A stretch of 27,551 nucleotides of DNA. Source: a virus (lineage: Duplodnaviria; Caudoviricetes). The notes beneath the pieces were generated by a model. The model did no database searches, had not been told where the DNA came from, and worked only from the letters and a program-made list of their open reading frames with translations. Shown here one piece after another: positions 1 to 7,174 of this stretch. Both the position numbers and the translations under genes were made by a program. Position 1 is the stretch's first letter. Every line of letters begins with the position of its first letter. The DNA lies in IMG/VR virus record IMGVR_UViG_3300012663_000495, positions 1 to 27,551 of that record. One strand, 5' to 3'.

Positions 1-1
1 T

Positions 2-292
2 GGTGGTAACTTGGCCGCTGGAACTTATGCTCCAGATGCAACAACTGCCACAGTTCACAAGTATACCTTAACTGGTAACGTGACTATCAATGCGTTGACT
101 AATCCTGTAACCGGAACTAACGTAACATTGATATTAACACAGGACGGAACTGGATCAAGAACATTAACCAGCACTATGAAATATGCCAATGGATTTAAGA
201 CATTGTCAACATCGACCAGTGCAATTGATCTAGTTACTATATTCTATGATGGGTCACAATACTTGGCTAGTTTAACTAGAGGATTTGTCTAA
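2..292 (+). CDS. C-terminal fragment of a tail fibre/virion protein (5' partial)
   Basis: Frame is open from position 2. Thr/Gly-rich beta domain (LILTQDGTGSRTLT...IDLVTIFYDG..YLA) of the kind that ends phage fibre proteins. Its stop overlaps the next start (TAATG). Confidence 0.7.
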   Translation, partial: GGNLAAGTYAPDATTATVHKYTLTGNVTINALTNPVTGTNVTLILTQDGTGSRTLTSTMKYANGFKTLSTSTSAIDLVTIFYDGSQYLASLTRGFV

Positions 293-1797
293 TGCCAGCA
301 TTTAGTAATAAACTTGGATTAACCAGAGGGGGCCTGAGACCGTGGACCCCCAATGACTTAACTGTTAAACCATATCTATGGTATGATGCCAGTAGTGCTA
401 CTACCATTACCTTAAGTGGTTCTACTGTTACAGCAGTTAGCAATTTAGGAACAGCAAGTGCTACATTGACTGGAACTGGTGCCATTACCAATAGTGTAAC
501 ACAAAATGGTCTTAAAACATTTGGTATTGATAATACCAGCGTAACACAACGATTGGTAAACACATCAATAAGTTTGACTGGCACGACCAGCACTACTTTT
601 TCTGCTCACCTTAATAATCCTAGTGCAACTGGACGTATTATATACGGTCGTATTTTTAGTTTTGTTGCCGCTGGTGTCAATGATTATGCGGCTGATTCGG
701 GATTTGGTTTCTTATATTTCCCTACTTGGAATTTATATTATTATAGAAACAATGCAGGTATAGGTCCATCTATTACCGGTTTAACTAACACTTGGTTAGT
801 AGCAGGCACACGCCGAAATGGCACCGCTGTTATTACACAGGTCAATGGTGGAACTAGGACTACAGGCAGCACAGCCGCAGGTGCTTATAATGCAACACAA
901 GTTCGTATTGGTAATGATGCCAATGCGGCAGACTCTGGTATGCGTGGTAACATAGGTGAAAATATACATTTTAACTATGCCCTAAGTGATGATGACTTTG
1001 ATCGCGTTACAGGATATCTTGCGTGGAAGTGGGGTCTACAGGGTAGTTTGGCTGCAACACATCCTTATAAGAATGGTGCTCCATACAATGAAACTCCTGC
1101 TGATTTAACAGTCAATATTGCATCAACTGGTTCAGTCAATGTATTCTTATTAGATGCTAACAGTGACAGCACATTTAGTGATTTGGGTGGTAACACATTA
1201 GCCATTACTAAGTTTGGAACTGTTAATTACAGCACTACAATTCCATTTGCTAGCAGTTCATTGAATAGTGCAAACTTTGGCACAGGTTCAGGTTACTTGA
1301 AACCAGCAGTAAATTCAGTATTTGCATTTGGCACAGGTAACTGGACAGTTGAATGCTTTATCTATGTAACAGCCCGACCAACTAGTAGTGGTCTAACTCC
1401 GATATTTGACAGTGAAGCCAATGCCAACGGTGGCCGTCCTGACAGTATTATCATATATCTAACTGCTACTGGTATCCTACATGCTTATCAAAACGGTGCG
1501 GCACAATTGACCAGTGGAGCAAACGTAGTAGCATTGAATACTTGGACACACGTGGCAGTTGCACGTAATGGTTCAACAACCACAGCATATTTTAATGGAA
1601 CCAGTGTTGGTAGCACTACCTACTCTTGGTCTAGCATGGCTGGTAACAATGGTAACCTAGGTATTGTCAACAACGTAGGTTCAGCATCAAGCCAATATGG
1701 TATTAGTGGACTAATGAGTAATGTAAGAGTAACCAAAGGCACAGCAGTCTATACTGCTAACTTTACTGCTCCATCATCAGATCTATCAGCAAGTTAA
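292..1797 (+). CDS. Virion adhesin with two concanavalin A/LamG-like domains
   Basis: First domain WYDAS...GNIGE...YLAWKWG; second domain FGTGNWTVECFIY...NTWTHVAVARNG...YFNG...SNVRVTKGTAVYTANF. Both match LamG-like lectin folds common in aquatic phages. Confidence 0.8.
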   Translation: MPAFSNKLGLTRGGLRPWTPNDLTVKPYLWYDASSATTITLSGSTVTAVSNLGTASATLTGTGAITNSVTQNGLKTFGIDNTSVTQRLVNTSISLTGTTSTTFSAHLNNPSATGRIIYGRIFSFVAAGVNDYAADSGFGFLYFPTWNLYYYRNNAGIGPSITGLTNTWLVAGTRRNGTAVITQVNGGTRTTGSTAAGAYNATQVRIGNDANAADSGMRGNIGENIHFNYALSDDDFDRVTGYLAWKWGLQGSLAATHPYKNGAPYNETPADLTVNIASTGSVNVFLLDANSDSTFSDLGGNTLAITKFGTVNYSTTIPFASSSLNSANFGTGSGYLKPAVNSVFAFGTGNWTVECFIYVTARPTSSGLTPIFDSEANANGGRPDSIIIYLTATGILHAYQNGAAQLTSGANVVALNTWTHVAVARNGSTTTAYFNGTSVGSTTYSWSSMAGNNGNLGIVNNVGSASSQYGISGLMSNVRVTKGTAVYTANFTAPSSDLSAS

Positions 1798-1806
1798 GGA
1801 AATATT

Positions 1807-1989
1807 ATGCCCTGGATAAAAGACAATGTCAGTTTACATTATGTTCCACCCGAAGTCACAGTAGATGGCAAGACCTATACTGGACCAGAGGTCACTGATG
1901 AACTATTAGCACAGGCAGGTTGGGTATTTGAACAAGAAGAAATTATTCAAGACCCAAATGTTCTTAAAATATTAATGGGTGATGTATGA
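1807..1989 (+). CDS. Small hypothetical protein, possibly fibre-associated
   Basis: AAGGA RBS upstream; ATGA overlap with the next ORF. Confidence 0.65.
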   Translation: MPWIKDNVSLHYVPPEVTVDGKTYTGPEVTDELLAQAGWVFEQEEIIQDPNVLKILMGDV

Positions 1990-2165
1990 TACATGTTTGG
2001 ACCACTACAACCAACTGGGCACCAATGACACACTTTGTCATTGCACCAGATCGAATCGAAGAATATACTCAAACATATCTTCAAGGCACTGACTTAGATT
2101 TCCTAACACATGGTGTTAACGAAGGTTGGGCCGCACCAGCCGATGATGAAGGAAACCCATTATGA
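1986..2165 (+). CDS. Hypothetical 59-aa protein (not in ORF track): MIHVWTTTTNWAPMTHFVIAPDRIEEY...DDEGNPL
   Basis: Fills the gap exactly, with ATGA overlaps at both ends (1986-1989 and 2162-2165). Confidence 0.7.
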   Translation: MIHVWTTTTNWAPMTHFVIAPDRIEEYTQTYLQGTDLDFLTHGVNEGWAAPADDEGNPL

Positions 2166-2389
2166 CCGAAACTACAGAATTAGAACGAACAAGCCTAGAA
2201 GCACACGTAGACCTATGTGCTTTAAGATATGGTCAATTAGAAGAAAGATTAGGCAAAGTTGAGACGAAATTAGACCTATTATCCGCCGAGATCATTAAAA
2301 TGAGACAGGATTTTTTCAAGATCATGATCGGTAGTAGTGCTAGTGTTATCGTGGCAATAATCGGGGCCGTTGCAACCATTTATCATTAA
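2162..2389 (+). CDS. Coiled-coil plus C-terminal transmembrane protein, XhlA/holin-like
   Basis: LEAHVDLCALRY...LGKVETKLD coiled coil followed by a hydrophobic helix (IMIGSSASVIVAIIGAVATI); sits at the end of the structural operon. Confidence 0.55.
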   Translation: MTETTELERTSLEAHVDLCALRYGQLEERLGKVETKLDLLSAEIIKMRQDFFKIMIGSSASVIVAIIGAVATIYH

Positions 2390-2406
2390 TCGCGGTTTGT
2401 CCATTC

Positions 2407-2414
2407 TATAAGTA
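2407..2414 (+). promoter_or_regulatory. T4-late-like promoter variant TATAAGTA, probable leaderless start
   Basis: Intergenic; ATG 4 nt downstream (2419) with no SD. Confidence 0.5.
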
Positions 2415-2418
2415 AAAG

Positions 2419-2697
2419 ATGGACAAACAAGCATTACAAGAATTCTTAGATCTACATGGCGAACTTCGAGCACGTGGTGTTTGGGCTAAGAATCTTAAAA
2501 GAGAAATCAATCACAATGAAGAAACATTGAGATGGACGCCTAAGCCCAAAGAAAAAGCCTGTGAGGATTGTGAACTCACAGTAAAAGATCGTATAATAGA
2601 ATATAAGTTGATCAACATTGGACAACCCAATCAACGCTATCAGAAGAAATGTTCGGAATGTAAGCAATATTTGGGTCGTTCTAAGTCAATAGACTAA
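2419..2697 (+). CDS. Zn-ribbon hypothetical protein
   Basis: Two CxxC pairs (CEDC, CSEC). Confidence 0.7.
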   Translation: MDKQALQEFLDLHGELRARGVWAKNLKREINHNEETLRWTPKPKEKACEDCELTVKDRIIEYKLINIGQPNQRYQKKCSECKQYLGRSKSID

Positions 2698-2700
2698 ATA
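2693..2700 (+). promoter_or_regulatory. TAAATA-type promoter (ACTAAATA) for the putative sRNA
   Basis: Overlaps the upstream stop; the RNA closing stem starts 5 nt later. Confidence 0.55.
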
Positions 2701-2705
2701 TTTTT

Positions 2706-2861
2706 GTGAGTGGGCGTATCAAACTCCTTTAAGGCTGTCAATTCTTAATGGAATTCCTTGTTTTATAATTGCCATTTATATTCTCAAAAACCCCACTCAT
2801 ATCTTTCAATTTAGTTCAAACTTGAAGACGGAAAACCCTAGTGCAATACTAGGGTTTTTTT
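2706..2861 (+). ncRNA. Putative structured small regulatory (antisense) RNA
   Basis: GTGAGTGGG (2706-2714) pairs with CCCACTCAT (2792-2800). A second hairpin follows at ~2802-2828, then a terminator. The loop is complementary to 2919-2945. Confidence 0.55.
2832..2861 (+). terminator. Intrinsic terminator, possibly bidirectional
   Basis: AAAACCCTAGT-gcaat-ACTAGGGTTTT stem ending in a T7 run. Confidence 0.85.
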
Positions 2862-2898
2862 ATGGCTAAAATTCCGATATTATAGACCTGATATTTTG

Positions 2899-2912
2899 TG
2901 TTATACTAAATA
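2899..2912 (+). promoter_or_regulatory. Overlapping extended -10 (TGtTATACT) and ACTAAATA box
   Basis: Lies between the terminator and gene 2951; hairpin TGAAT-ggca-ATTCA begins at 2917. Confidence 0.55.
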
Positions 2913-2950
2913 ACATTGAATGGCAATTCACATAAAATTAAGGAAATATA

Positions 2951-3703
2951 ATGCAAAATTCACAAAAAAATCTTACAATTGGTGTAGGTTATAATAATAC
3001 AGATAACAAAGATAATAAAGAAAATAAAGATAAAGCATGTCGAACTAATAATGCTTTTTCTCTTTCTTCGTCTGGCAAAGAGGCTTACGCCTCTTTCTTC
3101 CCGGAAGAACCAATATGCGGGGAGACCCCATCTCGGGCGGAGCCGGACTTGCCTCAGTGTAATTCACAACCTACACCAATTCTAAATGAAGACCTGGTCA
3201 AAAGAGCAGTAATTCAACTTTTTGATAATGGTGAAACCAGTAGTCAACGTTATAAACTAAAACTTAAATTCAATCTGCTAGATGGGGAAAATCCGGAGTT
3301 TGTTGCAAGTCTAACCAAAGACATGCGTAATTTTATGAAGTATATTCCCGAGGATGGTAAAGATGATGTTGTTCATTTTGCCAAACAAATTACTGCAAAT
3401 ATTAAACATCAATTTAACAGCAAACCTTATATTGGTAAGTTCCATTTGAATCAAGGTAAAGGTAGACATATTCATAGTCAAACTGAACCTTATACTGCTG
3501 TAGCAGTTTGGTGGGATCCAGAACATAAAGCATGGGCAGGAGTTATAATGTTTTATGATTGGATGCATCAATTTGATCTATTCAGCGAATATATAACAGA
3601 TGCACAAGCCAAAAATGGTCTTAAAGGTCAAAGTCTTTTTATTAATCCTAAACATGATACAAGAGTAAGACCAAAGACCTGGGCAGAACAAAGGGGATTT
3701 TAA
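2951..3703 (+). CDS. Hypothetical 250-aa protein, possible replication-associated protein
   Basis: AAGGAA RBS. The N-terminal NKDNKENKDK linker is encoded by 9-nt repeats and followed by a hairpin cluster. It is the largest non-structural gene; function is inference only. Confidence 0.6.
   Translation: MQNSQKNLTIGVGYNNTDNKDNKENKDKACRTNNAFSLSSSGKEAYASFFPEEPICGETPSRAEPDLPQCNSQPTPILNEDLVKRAVIQLFDNGETSSQRYKLKLKFNLLDGENPEFVASLTKDMRNFMKYIPEDGKDDVVHFAKQITANIKHQFNSKPYIGKFHLNQGKGRHIHSQTEPYTAVAVWWDPEHKAWAGVIMFYDWMHQFDLFSEYITDAQAKNGLKGQSLFINPKHDTRVRPKTWAEQRGF
3001..3036. repeat. Four imperfect 9-nt tandem repeats
   Basis: AGATAACAA AGATAATAA AGAAAATAA AGATAAAGC. Confidence 0.7.
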
Positions 3704-3972
3704 TGGCTAAAATGAATTACAATCGACCTAACAATGGTTATGAAGTTTTAACTGGAGGTAATGGCGGTTCATTAAAAACTGGCAAAAATCTCAATAAACA
3801 ATTTGATCAATGTGACATATTAAAAAGTCGACATGATGATCATCCCAGTAAATTAATCATCAAAGATAATAAACCCTTTTTATATTGCGTTCAGTGTCGA
3901 GAAAATATTGTGCAATTATCTTGGCATATCTATAGAGATGTTAAAAAAGCCCTAGAATCGGGATCAGTATAA
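3703..3972 (+). CDS. Hypothetical Zn-binding protein
   Basis: HDDH...CVQC; TAATG coupling to the previous gene. Confidence 0.65.
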   Translation: MAKMNYNRPNNGYEVLTGGNGGSLKTGKNLNKQFDQCDILKSRHDDHPSKLIIKDNKPFLYCVQCRENIVQLSWHIYRDVKKALESGSV

Positions 3973-3975
3973 ATA
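3968..3975 (+). promoter_or_regulatory. TATAAATA, exact T4 late promoter consensus
   Basis: At a gene junction, followed by AAGGAG RBS and ATG 3994. Confidence 0.65.
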
Positions 3976-3993
3976 ATACAGAAGGAGTAATAT

Positions 3994-4413
3994 ATGGCAC
4001 ATCCATTATTCAACAAGTGGCGTAACATACGACAGGTATGTTTCAATCCCAACAGCCCGGGTTATACTAAAGACAACTATTGCTATTGGGGTGATAGCAA
4101 GAGTTTCTATAGGTATGTAGAAAATAACCTAGGCTTACCACCTACATCCACTGCTAAACTAGTTCGTAAGGACATTAATAAAGGTTGGCAACCAGGTAAT
4201 TTAACCTATATGGAACCTAAAGATCACAGCAATTACATGCCAGGTAATTGTGTATGGATGACCTATAAGCGTAAGACACAGAGTCTTAGACGTTGGTCAG
4301 AAGCCACAGGTATTCCTTATGTGACCATTTGGAATAGATATCACTTAGGTTGGCCACCTAAGTTTGTTCTAAGTCAAGAACGTTATGGTTATGGTAGGAT
4401 GCCCGCTCTATGA
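3994..4413 (+). CDS. HNH-endonuclease-like protein with C-terminal DNA-binding-like segment, probably degenerate
   Basis: W..I...C.NPN...Y; LVRKDINKGWQPGNL resembles the IDRIDNxxGYxPxN motif; C-terminal TQSLRRWSEATGIPYVTI..R...GW. Confidence 0.65.
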   Translation: MAHPLFNKWRNIRQVCFNPNSPGYTKDNYCYWGDSKSFYRYVENNLGLPPTSTAKLVRKDINKGWQPGNLTYMEPKDHSNYMPGNCVWMTYKRKTQSLRRWSEATGIPYVTIWNRYHLGWPPKFVLSQERYGYGRMPAL

Positions 4414-4727
4414 CTAGGCCTTACAAACCTAGGGGATTCAAGTATCCCGATCCAATCGAACATGAACAACACATTGCCTGGCTACGTGCCCGGGCACAGG
4501 AACACTATCTTGGTCGTGAATGGAATATCACCATAGAAGAATATATGGAGATATGGGGTCGTGATCTGTGGCTACGTCGTGGTCGCAAAAGCAATGATCT
4601 AAGTCTAGCACGAATTGATTGGAACAAGCCTTGGAGCAAGGACAATGTGCAGATCATCACACGCTATGAACAGGTGCAGATCAGCAATCAAAAACATTAT
4701 AATATAAGACATGGAAAATCCCTTTAA
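4410..4727 (+). CDS. HNH-endonuclease-like protein, probably degenerate
   Basis: EWNITIEEY..IW...SLARIDWNKPWSKDNVQIIT..EQ; ATGA overlap with the previous gene. Confidence 0.6.
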   Translation: MTRPYKPRGFKYPDPIEHEQHIAWLRARAQEHYLGREWNITIEEYMEIWGRDLWLRRGRKSNDLSLARIDWNKPWSKDNVQIITRYEQVQISNQKHYNIRHGKSL

Positions 4728-4956
4728 CGATTTTGACCCATATGACATGTTGCAAGAACTAGCACGTCAAAATGCTGAACTGGCAGAGCAGTTTCAAATG
4801 ATGGTCAAAAATCAACACGCACTTGCCGCCGCACTGAATGATCAACACAGCCAAATAGAACAGCAGACAAGAAAAATACAACAGATGCAACTGATGATAT
4901 TCAACTACCTTAGAGGAACACCAAATGAAAAAGAAAACAGCCGCCCTACTAGATAA
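4711..4956 (+). CDS. Gln-rich coiled-coil hypothetical protein
   Basis: Heptad pattern; overlaps both neighbours. Confidence 0.65.
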   Translation: MENPFNDFDPYDMLQELARQNAELAEQFQMMVKNQHALAAALNDQHSQIEQQTRKIQQMQLMIFNYLRGTPNEKENSRPTR

Positions 4957-5146
4957 CACCCAAAAGAAACTCTATCACATAGAAATAGAATGCACCACTG
5001 GCAAGAAAGCCAGCATGATATTTCAAGATAAAGAAATGAGTGTTATGACCTACAATACCATAAAGAACGCAGGCATATTCTGCGGACAGTGGGTCAAAGA
5101 TATTACAGTTTGGGAATCAGATGACACTACATTCCTTGCCACATAA
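4925..5146 (+). CDS. Hypothetical protein
   Basis: GAGGA RBS upstream; tight packing. Confidence 0.6.
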   Translation: MKKKTAALLDNTQKKLYHIEIECTTGKKASMIFQDKEMSVMTYNTIKNAGIFCGQWVKDITVWESDDTTFLAT

Positions 5147-5363
5147 TGGTTGGCACTTCTGTGCTGATCATCATAGAATAGGTGCAGGTGTCAGCATGGA
5201 TGATTTTAAGAATAATCCAGATGCACAATGGGATATGAACATGTGTGGCTTTTGGGTGCGTCCAGAAAGTAAATTATTTGTTTGGCTAGCACTCAAAGGA
5301 GTTGAAATGGGTCAGGTGTGGCATAAAACACACACTGGACCAGACTGGCGTGATCATGATTGA
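5121..5363 (+). CDS. Hypothetical protein, paralogue of 6097..6348
   Basis: Shares NGWxF, KNNPDxQ and WVRPES motifs with 6097..6348. Confidence 0.7.
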   Translation: MTLHSLPHNGWHFCADHHRIGAGVSMDDFKNNPDAQWDMNMCGFWVRPESKLFVWLALKGVEMGQVWHKTHTGPDWRDHD

Positions 5364-5388
5364 CACGGCCTAGACTTTTCTATATACT
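5360..5388 (+). promoter_or_regulatory. Near-consensus sigma70 promoter
   Basis: TTGACA (5360-5365), 17-bp spacer, TATACT (5383-5388); leader hairpin GCAGAT/ATCTGC at 5402-5423. Confidence 0.8.
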
Positions 5389-5445
5389 AATAACATGCTT
5401 TGCAGATAGTTGCTTAAATCTGCTTACTCAACCAAGGAGATAGAG

Positions 5446-5850
5446 ATGAAAGTGTTAAAGAACAAGACTATTACAGTCTACCCAAAATCAACTGGTGCCA
5501 ATACCCAGTATTATGATATGGAATCAGCAGACGAAGCCTATGTATACAATTGGCTCTACAGACTGCAAAGTGACATGGGTGAACTATGCACCTATGATCC
5601 AGAACTGCAACGTGATTGGTTCAAACGCCGTCCTGGACAATTCCCCAAAGGCAAACAAGGCCCTAACAGTTACGCAAGTATGTTGGGTGGTATTTGCTCT
5701 GCCAAAATACAAAATGCCAACAAGAATCTCAGTGAAGCACAGTTGGATGCAGTAGAACACCTGTTTACCATTATTGCAGACTACTATTCAGGTGAAGAAA
5801 CGCCACCCGAATCAATCCGCTTTACTAAAAAACTTTTCTCAGAGGTATAA
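5446..5850 (+). CDS. Hypothetical early protein, 134 aa (start re-assigned from 5410)
   Basis: AAGGAG RBS before ATG 5446; first gene after the sigma70 promoter. Confidence 0.7.
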   Translation: MKVLKNKTITVYPKSTGANTQYYDMESADEAYVYNWLYRLQSDMGELCTYDPELQRDWFKRRPGQFPKGKQGPNSYASMLGGICSAKIQNANKNLSEAQLDAVEHLFTIIADYYSGEETPPESIRFTKKLFSEV

Positions 5851-5851
5851 T

Positions 5852-6100
5852 ATGTTTTTAACACGAGAACAAACTGATTTGTTGACCGCAGAACAATGTG
5901 AACAACACCTAAAGAAGATCAGTAAAACCTATAATCTAGACAAACCATTAACAGAACAATGGCAACTAGTTTGGCCCGATCTTGATGAAATAGTCAATAC
6001 AATACTTTACTTGGAAGATCAACTAAAATATCTACAACAAAGTGAAACAATGACCAGAGTAAATCTAGCACGTTGGGCAGATAAGAAAGAATTAGAATGA
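5852..6100 (+). CDS. Hypothetical helical protein, 82 aa (start re-assigned from 5774)
   Basis: GAGGT RBS; ATG 1 nt after the previous stop. Confidence 0.7.
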   Translation: MFLTREQTDLLTAEQCEQHLKKISKTYNLDKPLTEQWQLVWPDLDEIVNTILYLEDQLKYLQQSETMTRVNLARWADKKELE

Positions 6101-6348
6101 CCCAGCATACAGAACCCAATGGATGGAAGTTTGTTCACAAAACATTCTTTCAAACACGTCCGGATCTATTGGCACAAATGAAAAACAATCCAGATGTGCA
6201 ATATTCAGTAGAACATCATGTCTATTGGGTGCGTCCAGAATCAGCAACACATACCTTGTTGATATTGGCCAATGCATTTCCCACTATACCCCCTTACACG
6301 GGTGGTGGACCAAGTGTATTAGGTATTCCTAGAAATCAATTACGTTAA
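6097..6348 (+). CDS. Hypothetical protein, paralogue of 5121..5363
   Basis: Shared motifs; ATGA overlap with the previous gene. Confidence 0.7.
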   Translation: MTQHTEPNGWKFVHKTFFQTRPDLLAQMKNNPDVQYSVEHHVYWVRPESATHTLLILANAFPTIPPYTGGGPSVLGIPRNQLR

Positions 6349-6357
6349 GGTTCTAAC

Positions 6358-6645
6358 ATGAAATTAATTATTAGTCTATTAGCCGTAGTCGTATTGTCAG
6401 GTTGTGCCGCAGGATGTCCTAGTGGATTTTGCCCCGGACAGCCAGCATTTGAACTAGTGGCCAACTATTATGATCGTCGTGATCCATGCCAAGGTGACTA
6501 TAGATCATCAACAGCAGAACGCCGAGCAGAATTGGGACGAGCAGACAACTATACACGCCCTGATTGGTGCTTTGCATCCCGTGGTAAAAATATCCGAATT
6601 GATAGGAATGCCAGCCCTAACTCCTATACAATTACTAAATACTAA
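6358..6645 (+). CDS. Lipoprotein, possible superinfection exclusion factor
   Basis: MK + hydrophobic stretch + lipobox LSGC; four further Cys. The exclusion role is inference. Confidence 0.7.
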   Translation: MKLIISLLAVVVLSGCAAGCPSGFCPGQPAFELVANYYDRRDPCQGDYRSSTAERRAELGRADNYTRPDWCFASRGKNIRIDRNASPNSYTITKY

Positions 6646-6672
6646 TAACAATAAAAAAGTTTCGTTCATATT

Positions 6673-6699
6673 AGGCCCCTTTATCCGGGGCCTTTTTTT
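6673..6699 (+). terminator. Intrinsic terminator
   Basis: AGGCCCC-tttatcc-GGGGCCT followed by a T run. Confidence 0.85.
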
Positions 6700-6705
6700 A
6701 TGGTC

Positions 6706-6713
6706 TATAAATA
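6706..6713 (+). promoter_or_regulatory. TATAAATA late promoter for the packaging operon (leaderless terS)
   Basis: Directly after the terminator; in-frame ATG 5 nt downstream with no SD. Confidence 0.7.
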
Positions 6714-6718
6714 ATGAC

Positions 6719-7174
6719 ATGGACCAATCCAATAGTATTCCCACCTCCGATGAACAGCCTGAATATGATCTAGTGCCACTGCCACCTGAGGAACCCGTTA
6801 ATCCCAGCAAGACTGGTAACAAACCTAAACGACTCAAAGCCGTTGAAGCATATGGATATGAAATAGGTCGAGGCTTACGCAAGAAGGTTGTAACCCCAGA
6901 AGACGTATATAAATTGGCTGCAATTGGCTGCAATAACAATGAAATAGCACGTTGGTTTGACATTGATGAAAACACACTGACCTACAACTTTAGCGATATC
7001 CTAGCAAAGGGTCGCGAGGATGTTAAGATGGCTCTTAGACAGGCCCAACTTAAACTAGCACTGGGTGGCAATGCTGTCATGCAGATATGGCTGGGTAAGA
7101 ACCTATTAGGACAAAGTGATAACCCTGTAGGCAGTGAAGCCAATGCTCCATTACCTTGGTCAGACGACGAATAA
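6719..7174 (+). CDS. terS: Terminase small subunit (start re-assigned from 6470)
   Basis: HTH (LAAIGCNNNEIARWFDIDENTL) and GNAVMQIWLGKNLLGQ motif; immediately upstream of terL. Confidence 0.8.
   Translation: MDQSNSIPTSDEQPEYDLVPLPPEEPVNPSKTGNKPKRLKAVEAYGYEIGRGLRKKVVTPEDVYKLAAIGCNNNEIARWFDIDENTLTYNFSDILAKGREDVKMALRQAQLKLALGGNAVMQIWLGKNLLGQSDNPVGSEANAPLPWSDDE

Noticed and set aside
2735-2740. Minus-strand TTGACA
   Set aside because: The hexamer at 17-bp spacing is TACGCC, a poor -10 box.
2719-2775. Minus-strand 18-aa mini-ORF MAIIKQGIPLRIDSLKGV with a GAGA SD-like sequence
   Set aside because: It could explain the anti-SD/anti-AUG look of the sRNA loop. However, I saw no minus-strand promoter, and the + strand promoter-stem-terminator unit is coherent. 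Not fully excluded.
5495-6332. Alternative-frame + strand ORFs 5495..5755 and 6123..6332
   Set aside because: They are nested within better genes that have RBSs and coupled junctions.
6470-6718. N-terminal extension of terS as given in the track
   Set aside because: It overlaps the lipoprotein gene and crosses a terminator and promoter; ATG 6719 fits better.
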